Positions 30,299 to 42,700 of a DNA stretch of 64,000 bases are shown one piece after another. The position numbers were made by a program, and so were the translations under genes. The notes under the pieces are model-generated. The model had not been told where the DNA came from. It searched no databases and worked only from the letters and a program-made list of their open reading frames with translations. Source of the stretch: Trichoplax adhaerens. Taxonomy: Eukaryota > Animalia > Placozoa. Each line of letters opens with the position of its first letter. Within the stretch, counting starts at the first letter, position 1. The stretch lies in contig NW_002060948.1 of NCBI RefSeq assembly GCF_000150275.1, forward strand, positions 5,914,659 through 5,978,658. Direction: 5' to 3'.

Positions 30299-33200
30299 AA
30301 GTAGCGATCAAGACGATGAAAATATAATGGACGAGGGTTACTTTCAAGCCAATAACAACGTGAAAAGAATACCACTAAAGGTACGTATTTGACAGTTAAG
30401 GAAGGTTTCGATTTTAGACCAAATTAAAGACATTAAAGAATGAATGAATTTTAAAAAAGTTAGTTATTTTAGAGGCTTTTTAATATTATGCATACAGGAA
30501 TTATCCAAGAAAATGAAAGCTTTACGCCAATCAGGCAACGAAGAAGTGAAAGTTATAAACGTTTTCTTGCCCAAGAACAAGTTTGTGTCATTTTCATCTA
30601 TTGCCAATCCGTTGTGAAATTTCTAATATTTGATTCTAATGGATAGAAATGAAATAAAAATTTATTTAAGCACATTAAACTAACGCTACTATTCATACTT
30701 GTGTTCTTGAAACTCGTTCTTGTCATATCCGAATCCATCAGAGTGTAATACTTACTCAAGGAATCATAGCTTACAGTAACTGCAGCTTCAAGAAATTTAG
30801 TTAAATTGATTAAAGCGTAGACCATTTCTTGCGTTACTTTATTGGAATTTTTATTCATCGCCAAAAAATTATCTCTAAGCCGGTGGTATTTCCCTCTCTT
30901 AGGCATGAAATACTAAAAGAGGAAATCGAAATTATGGATACGTAAGTTATGAACAGTTTAGTAGTAGCTAGCGATTCGTCATAGTAGTAGTGCAGAGATT
31001 GATTTAACCGAAAGGATTATCCTATTCACTTTTAGTCCTGGTGGTAGCACTGACGATAATATCGACAGCAGTATTAAAGATCTTTATGCAGACACAGATG
31101 TCTGTGTCTATCTCCTTAATGTCAACGATACGATTGAAAAAGATGATCAGGAATTTATTAAGAAGATGCTTATGCAACATCATCAAGCCGAAATGTTTAT
31201 TTTAGTCAATTACTGTGATGAGTTAGATGATTGCTCTGAAGACGAAGCCAACGAGGTAATCAATTTAATAATAAACTATCGTAACTATCGATAGACAAGA
31301 TATGAACGTCTTGATTTTAATATGAGCTACAGAGATCTGCAATTACTAAAAACAATAGCAGTACTGAACCTTAAATTAAGCAGACCTAATGATAATGTGA
31401 TTGACTAAGTTTGCACTAACAACGAAGACTGTAAAGTAGAGGTATAGAAATATTAACTAAGAATACCTTGAAATGCTAATTTTGTGCATGAAATGTTTAA
31501 TAGGTTAAAAACCAAAATTTAATCAACTCGCAAATTGCCCTCAACGGATTAAACGATAGAGTCTTCTTTGTATCTTCCAAGGAGGTAAGCAGCTTCAAAA
31601 TAAATCGATGTCGTTATGGAATGGAACAAATTATAGAATTTTGGATTCCTTCCTAATAATTATTCCAATGCCTGAGTAATTGAGCAAAATCGAACCACGG
31701 TTCATAAATTGTGTCTATTTTAGGCTTTGGCCGCTAAAGTCAATGGACTAACATCTGAAGGTAAATAACATGGTTTCAACTTTTCTCTCAGAGTTTAAAA
31801 TATGTAGTCTTGCTTCAAAATATTCAGCTATATATAACTATTAAAGCAGCGCTTTTGCAAGGACTACGGTACTTTGAGTTAAAAGATAGAGCTATTAATT
31901 ACAAACATTAATTATTCAATCGATTTTTTCTTCTAGAATTAAGAGATGAAAATGAAAAGGAACGATTAAGAGCATTCGAAACTTTTGAAAGAGAAATTCG
32001 AGTAAGATATTTCAGAATGAAGAAGTTTGCTATTTTTTACTATATGGCTTATGCTGTGAGTGGTAACCTTTCCTTCTCTCATATAAATAGGAACGTGTCT
32101 GTATATCAACAAGAAAAGCCAAATTAGCCCAAAGTATGGATAAAGTTATAGAAGTCAACGGAGATATTCGTGAAATGATTCTACAAAATTTGTAAGTGAA
32201 AGCAAATTTTGGCCTATTCTCTCTTTCGTTATGATATGGTAATGATATTGGTGCTTGTTACAGAGAATCAGTTGAATGGCTGCTTACTAACTTTATACTC
32301 TTCGAACTATTTTTATTTCATATGATTGCAGAATTTACGATTTTAATCTAATTTTTTCAACCTTAAATTAAGGGTACACTGTAATCGAACTTACTCATGC
32401 CACTAATATTATACTATAAAGAATGATAGTAATAGTTTACGCAGCTAGTCCTCGTATAAGCTTTTAAAAGTTATCCCGGATAATATCATTACTGCGGTAT
32501 TAATTCGAGATATTTTAGTGTACTAAATCTATTCCTAATCTATTAGATTGCGATGGTCAAATGATTTGGGTACAAATTCGAAAATTAATTTGCAAGATGG
32601 CAATAATTTTTATCTTCAAATCTCTCAACAACGGTAAGAAATTGTCCTATCATTAATGTGACAATTTTCATGTTTAGCATATATCTTATAGACTCACCCA
32701 ATTACTGTCTCATGTATTTTCTAATTTTCTAGAGAAAAATACTATGAGAAATTAAGTTCTGTATCGCAGTGCTTAAATTCTAGCACACATAGATGGATGG
32801 AAAGCCAGCTAAAATCTCTTGAAGCTAAAATCTATAAAGATGTAAATATTAATTATTAATTGATTAAGTCCAGCAGTTTGGATTGTATTTAGTCTGCATA
32901 AAATAACGTTTGCAGGTGTATTATTGATAAGTGAAATCCTGTTAGAACACTACTTTTTTGATCTAATTTCTCTTCAATTAACCCCTCATTAAAAGTTATT
33001 AATTGTGTGTTATAATGAGTATCTCAGCAAATAGGAAATTGTGTACGATCGTTAGTCTTGTTAGTACAAATACTATCCTACATTGATTAGGATTAATTTT
33101 ACGACATAAAAGTGCAGTAGAGTATTATAATAGATCTCTTTAACGTCTAAAACTAAAAGAAAAAATTCTTTTAGTGTAGTTATTTCTAGGCCTTGCAATA

Positions 33201-36144
33201 TTCATGATTTTATTTTATTGTAGAATATGTCATAAGGTCAATAAAATTTGATTTAATCTTTATGCGCTAGACAATCCTACGACTGTTAGTGTCTCTGACA
33301 TTAAAGTAAATTGTAAATATTCCGAGAGCATTATACAGTCATAGTCATTGTGATACTAATTTCCTTCGATTTGTACTTATAGTATACATACAATTAAAAA
33401 TTTATTTATAATTAATAAAATCTCTAATATTGTTACATTTTATAATATTCATACTATCACGATTTTTCTCGGACTTACAGCATAATATTCTCTGCTAATA
33501 TTTTATGCATTTTTAATTAGGTGAATACAGCTATTCAGTCTCTCTGTTACGAAGTTGAAGGCATGATTCAAACATTTTTGCAATCACATCCATTAGATTT
33601 TGCGCAAGAAATGACGCAATATAAAAGGGTTAGAAATTATCTTAGCTATAATCGTATGTTATTACATTATCTAATCTTAACTGTCGACATATATGATGTG
33701 GTAGTTATTAAATATTGTAACTTACCTGTCTAAGGTGATTTTGGAAATGTTAGCCATTTATTAAACCACAAATTATCATTATAAAACGTTCCACTGCTAT
33801 GATGCCGAAACTATTAAAGTTAATCAGAGTTAACAGTAGAGTAAAATAGTGACTTTTAGAAAACTACTACCGTAATTAATCTACTATTACACTAATATTT
33901 AACATTATGTAAATTCAGCGAATGAAGCTGTAAATCGATTTATTCTTGAACTTTTAGAGACTAGGTGAATATCTTAACATAAAATTTCGTGTTGAAATGG
34001 AAGAATTATATCAGAATAACTTTGATGAAATCCGCTATCAATTAATATCAAATTTATACGGTATTATATTGTAGTGTAGTATTTTGAAATCCTTTATTGA
34101 AATAAATAGCCTTACATATTTTCGCGTACTGAAATTAACAAATACTTTCATATTTTTAGCAAGATTAACAGAACAACTAAAGCAGAATGATGATATCTTG
34201 CAAGTGATACAGGCATTGTAAGATCTCAATACCTAGACTATAAACGAAAAATTATGTAGTACCACTAGTAATATTTTATTAGGTCTCGCGACAACCCCCA
34301 TTAAAATAACCTTATCAATATTTATGCATTATCCCTTGTAAATTAGAATAATTTTCTGCAGTTGTAAAGTTGGCATGACTTGATAAGCGTAGTAAAATTA
34401 AAGTGAAAATTTTTAAGCATTTACTGTAGCAAACAAACCATTTAATTTTAGTTTTAACTTGGTCTTAAAGAAGCTTTATCGATTCTTTATAGCTATTTTC
34501 CATTTTCTAGTATTCCGATTATTAAATAAATATATATACATATGTAGACATTGCTTCGCCTACTCTATTCTATTTCTAATTAATAATGTCATAATGTTAA
34601 TAATATCTATCACTCTACCTGTTTGGATAATATTTTTCTCCTTTTGGCTAAATCAAATTCTACTCTAAAAACTTACAGAGACTTCCGAGAAGGTCTGGAT
34701 TATGGTATTATAAACTGCCATGATTATCTAGCTCGTTTTGAGGAGGACTTGAGCTTGTATTCCACAATAAAGAAAAATTTATTACCAGCTGAAATTTCAG
34801 GCCTGGTTAGGATTTAATTGTACCTCAATTTTATTCGTAATGTTGCACTAAAAATTTAATAACTGCAAGAATATTCGAGCGTAGTTACTAGTTAACAAAT
34901 TACTGTTGACACCACAGAAAATAAATAACACACCGCGAGCATATCGTAATTCTAAAGTTAACGACTTTCTTAGCCAACTACGATATAATTAATAGCTACC
35001 GGTAAACCTTAAGGTTGGTTAATCAAGCACTAGTTCTTGCTGTGCTTATAATTACTTATGAAGATATCTGTTGTTTCTCAAGATAATTTATCAAAGGTGT
35101 ATTAAAGTTAAATAGATAATTATTACACTAATCAAGGAAATTCTCTCGAATTGACAATTAAAGTTAATTTTGACAAAATAATTGGTGTTAGGTTAGAACT
35201 CAGATTTCGATTAGATAATAATTTAGAGGTTAAGGATGGGCTATGTGCACTATGAGTTTATTATCAACTAAAATTGACATTTGTTCCTCTTACATACTAG
35301 AAAGTACTCTAATTGTAATCAATTTTTTAGGCGGCATCTGCAGCTGGATTTATGGCAAAAAGAATAGCCACTGGTTTGATTTCAGCGGTAAGCATATTAG
35401 TTCCTATTTACTGACATTACTATTGCAGCCAAACATAAATTATCAATTAATTTAATTTAAATCTATATCAATTAGAGTTTATCCACTATCGGAGCTGTTG
35501 GTACTGGTGTCTATCTTGGTGCCAAACATATTGATCCCAAAGAACGAGGAAAAAATTTTAAGCAACAAGTATTATTCATTCCATACAATATACGTTGTAC
35601 ACATTTCTACTAAACTCATGCTGAGTGCCTAACTACATCCTGTTTATTTATTAGCTGGATAAATTTATCTCCAATCACCTAAAGGACAATATTACACGCT
35701 ATGTGGCAGCAATATTCAATCAAATAAGGATGTATGAATATTGTGATAAAGAAATGTGTCAAGTAAAAATCTTGCACCAATAATGATGATAAATCTTGCT
35801 GTGATTACTTTATACTACTAGATTATATTTTTCTTTCAATGGCACGGTGGAATCGAAGCTAATCCATTTTAGAGATCAATTTGAAAGGAGATGGTCTTTT
35901 CTTAACGTGGTAGAAAATAAAATTTTACCTTTTAATGCTGAAATTGATGAACTCAGGTACCAGATACTATCGTAACTTTTAAATAAACATCGCAATCTAT
36001 GTTTCATAATACTAATTGCTATTATTTAAATTTTGTGAAATCATTACAATTAGGAAGAAATTTTAGAACTAGAGATACGAACTCTCATTCAGCAGTCTAT
36101 ACATTGTATCAAAAATATCTGGATTCTGAAATAAGTACCTGCTG
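30299..36144 (+). pseudogene. Mitofusin/Fzo-like dynamin-superfamily GTPase, 5'-truncated (no G1/G2), about 19 exons, probably decaying
   Basis: Spliced exons give VFLPKNK/HEILKEEIEIMDT/PG (G3 DTPG), DVCVYLLN, FILVNYCD (G4-like), RVFFVSSKE/AL, AFETFERE, INCHDYLARFEEDL, a hydrophobic TM region, KERGKNFKQQ and a final LYQKYL. These occur in mitofusin order. There are apparent phase problems near 33920 and a frameshift in the last exon. Confidence 0.75.
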
Positions 36145-36582
36145 AAAACTGAAATTTTTATATTATTTACCATTCTGTTCTTACACTTATCACATAAAAG
36201 CTGGCTGGGATAACTTGGTGTAGATTATATGTGATTCAGCTTTTAGTATTTAAAGTAGCCTTTCTTAGTAGAGTATGGTATTTAAGGTACATGCAATAAT
36301 CATCTTTTTTCATTATGGAATATTATCTCAAAGCACTTTATCTAGATGTCTATAAAATTACTTTGGAGACATATTTATATTTTAGTCAGGGCTTAAGTTA
36401 GCATATACCTAAACGTACAACGTATTTGGCAGTTGTAATTGCTAAAATTGATATTTGAATGGTAATGGTGTAGACTACTATATTACTGATCAAGATAGGA
36501 CCTATGATTACTGCATATACTAAAATTTTCTTGTTAATTGGATATTTGTAGACTGTTTTATCTAAATTGACATGTATGTAAG

Positions 36583-37225
36583 TGTTTACGGAGCCATGCT
36601 CCGAAATATTAATTGCTATGTTAATTACAATATCTCATTTAAATTGTTGTTTGCTCCAGTAGCTTATTAGATATTAATGTTTATTAATAAGTACTTGTAA
36701 TTGCCAAGGTATCAGAAAGTTCAATTCTGTTGACGTGTCGGAGCTAACACGCTTAGTCAGTAAACATTAATTAATAACACCTTAAGTGTAAGGTGCAATT
36801 ACTTTGCAGAGCCTTTGGGGCTCTAGTTGGCGCATTAATTCATTTAATGTTAATTAGCCTTGACTTATACTGATCTATGTTAACTTCTTCTAAGTGAACT
36901 CCTATACTAGGATACACCTTCGGCGTAGGCCGAGACTATAAAAAGCCGAGCACTAGCTCAGCTGCTCAGTTCTATTTAGTCACTTGCAGGATCACTTGAC
37001 TATTATTGCTAAGAAGATTCTTACGTTTTTCTTTAGTATATTTTACGACTAAGATTAACGTAAATAAAGTGAAGTATTTAAACCTATTACTCATTAGTAG
37101 CTTATTTGTGTAGCTGAGAGTTAGTTCAACTATGTATGATAGGTCCCTAAGTTAGTTGGGAACACGAGTACTAGTAAAGATAGTGTTTAAGACCCGTTTT
37201 CTAGTTACAAAGGAGATTTGCAACA
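36583..37225 (+). mobile_element. 643-bp solo LTR (TGTT...AACA; BEL/Pao- or copia-like)
   Basis: TG...CA termini, 5-bp TSD GTAAG/GTGAG, TATAAAAAG at about 36937 and AATAAA at about 37063. The paralogous segment at about 43806-43825 shows the empty site. Confidence 0.8.
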
Positions 37226-39791
37226 GTGAGCGATACTCTATCGTTATTTTATATTTTAGTTATTGCTTTTTAACATATAAAATTATTGTATAAGCAAGAT
37301 CTAAGTATCTTGTTTAGCTTATTAGTAGTGCTCGATAAAAGTTACCGTAGTGGTATTAACAAAACGATATGAAAAACAGCACATCTTTTAAGGATCTGTA
37401 ATAATAAGTCCTATGAAAGTACCGTATAAGATTACTTTGGACTCAATTTCACTGTACAATCTTTTAGTTATGATAATCTTTAATTAACATGCAATGTAGA
37501 AAAAGATCCAACTTCAGTATGCCTGGTTGTATCTAATTACAAAATCATTTTCGATGAAGGCATTCAGTAAATGACAAGCAGAATTCTACTTTGAGCTCAC
37601 GTAATTTATAGAGGAAAATACCTTTAATTTTAATGACAAATAAACGGGTAAAAGGACTACGATAAAAGCAAGATATGAGTATAAACATTGAAATTAAAAG
37701 TATTAATACAAGAGAGCACCAATACTGCCGTGGCAAATCAAACTATCAAAAATTACAAACTCGAATCACTCACAATCACCGAAGGAAAGGAGTATTCCGT
37801 ATCATTTGAAATTCTTAATAACTTCTTGACTTCTCTCCTTCTAAACCACTAAATTGCATTCCTTTTTCATACTAATCTGCGTCATTGTATTTGTCTAACT
37901 TCGAAGTCATAATTTTATTCTACTGTTTAAGCATTTCTAGTTCTATTATTGCAACTAATCACACAAGCTTAGATAGAATTTATCTTATCATTCTCTTCTA
38001 CATGAAGCTGGAAAACTTATCATGTATTAATTTCTGTTGATACTTTTAACGTATGCGATACTATATTAACCGAATGGACACATTTCCAAACGGCTAAATT
38101 AAAAGAAACAGCTTTGAATACCAACTTAAGTTAACTTTAGCGGAAAACCCAATTTATTGTAACTGTTAATAATAATCTTACAAAATTACTTAAAAGAATT
38201 AGAGAAGGACAGAGCTACTGCCTTCATCAATCAAACTATCAAGAAAATGCGAGATTACTTATGATTTTAGGTATATCCTGACCTTTACCTTCTTCACTAC
38301 ACGTCATCGCTTTTACACTACTAAACAACGCTACCTTCCATAAGCTATACAGAATAGTTTGTGGTAACAAGCTATTAACTTATCACTCTAAAGTATTCTA
38401 AATAAAACTAGCAATTAATTACTGTAGTGATAGCCGATAAAACACTACTCTGGATTCCTGAAATTACTACATTAACTACGCCATACGGAATATATCTATA
38501 AAAATATACCAAGACAGGCCCGATAATCTTAAATATGAACGCAGATCAGAACGTTCGGGTTCTTATTGTGTTCTATCGTGAAGTAAAATAAGTTCTGCTG
38601 TATTTATAATCAAATTAGCTATATGCGTATGTTGTTGTGTATCATAACTAAAGCACTCATGAAATGCCAACTAAATAAAACTTAAATTACAATCTAACAT
38701 CGTATAATTCTTAACAAAATAATGTTACCGAATATTCTTAAATTCTTGCCAGAATGAAGTAGTCGGGTTCACAATATACTAAAAATACTAAGTAATATCT
38801 AGTGTAACCAAACAAATAAGTTAATATTTAAGCTACAGTGCTTATTACAATACAAAAACTAGAAAGAGAATCCTAAACCCAACTTTCATTACATACTATA
38901 AGATAACATTTATTGCATTAGTAAACTAAATTAGCCACAGTTATAAACGCTACCGTATGTTATAATACCTATCACTAACCGTCGATTTCGTAAAGACAAA
39001 AATTACTTGTACAATACAATTTTATGAAGAAGAATTCTAGTTATTAACTTTCATTATAATTAGACAGTGAATTAACGAGTAGCTCGATTTTCAATTAAAG
39101 ATGAAATAGAACAAGTTGCTAGCATTATCTGTATCTATAACATATAGTTAGAAAAATCTGTCCATGATTGTCAAGGAAATATCGGCCTAGAGACTTAGTG
39201 GTAAAAAGATACATAGGCACTAGCTAATTGCTAGTAGATGTGAAATCTACCATTAAAAGCGTGCATAAGACCTTGCAATTGGAAATTTAAATGCAATCCT
39301 AAAATTGGTATGGCCAATACTGTAGCTGCTATAGTCTATCAGCTATCGTTTTTTTCTTCTACATACAATTTCTACCTATAGGCGAAATGTTGTCAACTAA
39401 TAAAGTTCCGGTATCTTGCCGTCAATGAAAATAATTGCTTTCTTGTTCCATCTTCACGTAGATTATCGTAATCATTTACGAAACGCTCTTGCGTTGAAAC
39501 TCTTAATGGTTTCGTACCATGAAATAAAATACTATACGCTTATGGTTGGAATATACCATTAAGAATTGAATGCGCACGAATTAGTGAGTCTTTCAGAAGA
39601 ATTTTAAAATTTGAACATCAATAAAATTGGATAGTCCATATCTTAATGTCGCTAACTTTGCATACGAGTTCTTTAACAAATTACAGTAAGTTTTCATCAA
39701 AGAGTTATTTCGATTGATTATATTTGCAGTTATCGCTAGTGGAATATTAGACTTTCAATTATTATAAAAATGATTTGCTTCTTTTTCTTTA

Positions 39792-42700
39792 TTAAGTCGA
39801 GAAATCATTCACAATTCTATCATGACCGTTAGTTTCGTCACCTGAACCATTACTTTCCTGTCCTTCATCTATCAATTTCTTTCTTTTATTAACGATGTAA
39901 TGAAGTACATCTGTATGCACCTCTTGGGATTCCCCGGAATTTAATTTTTCCTCAACTTGATTTAGACAGTCATTTAAAGCCTGGTTTTGCTTTTTAATCT
40001 TATCAAGTTTCTTTTGTAACTCTCTCAACTGAGTTTTCTGTCGGTCCACTTTCTTCATTAATTGAGTATCACTTCTCTCTGCATCCTCTCTACTCGCTCT
40101 TGTGGTACATTGACGTTGCAATTCAATATCCGGTATTTGAAGAGACTTAAAAATTGGTATCAAATCTTCTGGTATCAAAATTCGGCTACACCTTCTTAGG
40201 AAGGCAATCATCTCTGAATTGAGTTTAGGTAGAGATGGATAAATTGCAGTATAAAAAGTCACTAAATCATGTCCTCTCATTTTTAATATTACTTTAGGAT
40301 AAGACAAGGTACTAGTAATACCATTCCCGAAAGACACATTTTCTGTTGATTTTATCAGCTCATAAACGTCGTGTGAATCCTCTCTCTTCTTGAAAAGATC
40401 ATTTCTGTTACTCCTTAATTTATCGATAGACTTGACAATTTTTCGGGCATAAACGATTAGCTCTTTTAGGACATCATTGCATTTTGTACTCTCACGGATT
40501 TTCTTCGCATATTCTACTAGCTTCCCTTTATTACAAACAACTTTACAGGTTTCCTCGAAATCTTTCATTATCAATTCTTTATTTGATACTCCTGTCTCAT
40601 TTTCAAGATCTTCATGCAGTAATACCAAGTTTTCAAGACACTCTTTAAATTTCTTTTGGATTTTGATGAATTCTTCTATCGCATCAACTAGCTTTTTGGT
40701 TATAACGTTGATAATTTCTTGCAATACTTTGGCCAAATCAGCAGTGTCTCCTTTGCCGAAAAATCCAGATAAACAATCAGGATGTTTTGTTGCAGAAAGA
40801 TTATGATTTATTTCCTTTTGGATTTCTTCTCCTTTCTTGCGGTCTCTCAAATAATAATATATATAAATTGGATCATAAAGATAGTTTTCTATACTATATC
40901 TCCTTAAGCATTGAATATTATATAATTGGGGATCTTCTTGATTGTCGTTATCAACTAGCCCAAATACAAATTCCCTTAAACTCTGATCTTCATCTTCCTC
41001 ATTGACACAACATTTCACAATATTTTCCACTAAAGCTCGACATGAATTCTCAATCATCTTACTGCCACTTTTATCTGAAGGGTCTTGCCTTTTTTTCTGC
41101 CTGCTAGCAGACATGAACAGCAACGGATAATCATTCGCGATTAAGCGTTCACTAGTTAATTTGTCTTGAATCATTTGGTAAAATATTCTATCATCAGTAG
41201 CTTCAACGAAGACGATTCGAAAAGGTAAATTGACATGGACAAATTCTGCAGTTAATAATTGTATTGCTTACCGCTTACTAGCAGCCTTTTCAATTTTGGC
41301 CTCTTTGGTTATATTATCTTCTGACAGGATATAGACACTGCCTTCGGGTGCAAGACTGACTGTTGTAGGGGAATGAGTAGTCATAATAACCTGAATACCA
41401 AGCTTGGATATCAATTTAGATTTAATCGTTTCAATGATGTCTTTAACTAAACTTGGGTGAAGATGGGCATCCGGTTCATCGAGTAAAATGATTCCGCTAA
41501 CATTGGTTTTTGCCAAATTCTTACTTCCGAATAGCCACAACAACGATAACAGTTCTAACCGTTCGGCGGGAGATAGTTGAACTTGAAAAACAGGTATGCT
41601 GAAAGGTACTCTTTTTTGGCATATTAATTCCTCATTCTCAATTATATTTATATCATACTTAAATCTATTTTTATGTAAATGTCTATTGACATCGTAAAGC
41701 GTGTTATCCATTTGCAAAAAATAGCGTATGTAGTCTTTCCATGAACCGTAGGTCTTGATTAGTTGTCCAATTTCCTCCCTTAAATACTGTGCTAGCTTTT
41801 CTTGAAGTTTACTTTCAATTTCTGCTGTATTCGTCAATCCTAATTTCATCGTAGCATCGCAGACCTTGTCTATGATTTTTCGATAAAGTTCTTCATGGTT
41901 AGAACATTCCATCTGATATCTTTCACCTAGAATACGGCGCTTTGTTATGTCCTCTAATGTTTTATTAAAATTTTGTTCAAAATCATCGGATACTCGCGTA
42001 ACTGCCTTTATAGTGGGATTCTTGTTGTCGCCTTTTTGATCATGAATGGAATTGGGAGCGAAGCTTTTCTCCTCAGAGTTAGAACTGAGGTAACAGATTT
42101 GCGAAACGTTTCTTCGGTATGACAAGGTTGGACGAACTGATGATTTATTGGATCTAATTCTTCGTCTTGATATCATGGAAATGATTCCATTTAAATGATT
42201 AAATTCTGTAAGCATTGATTGCGTACTTGCTAGCAGTGATGTATCTAAATCGGTGATGTCGAAATTTTTACTTTTTGACCCTTGTAGTATAGCTTCTAGA
42301 ATTGCTGTTTTACCGCTACCGTTTTTACCGGTAATAACAGCTAACATAGGAATATTACGCCAACAGAATGATTTACCCAGATTTTTAACTCTATAATTGT
42401 CAAACTGTATTTTAACTAAATAGCCTGGCTTTCCACATTCTGTATCTAACCCATCTTCGTATTGGATTTCTATTTCTTCTCGATGCTTACGTTCAATCTC
42501 TGCCATCAATTCCTCATTCGACATTTTTTCGGCTTCTTGCATGATAACTTTTACTGCTACTATTAACCATGTACCGAGATTTTTACCACTTTCCTGTGAT
42601 AGCTTTATTGAAAGGTTATTAACCCTCTCTAGTTCTAAATAAGATATTACGGCGCCAAGTTTATTTTTATCTCGGCCCTGTGGATCAAAAAAGAATGTTA

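Noticed and set aside
40477-41005. Plus-strand ORFs of 109 and 72 aa
   Set aside because: They are antisense shadows of the TOPRIM-domain ORF.
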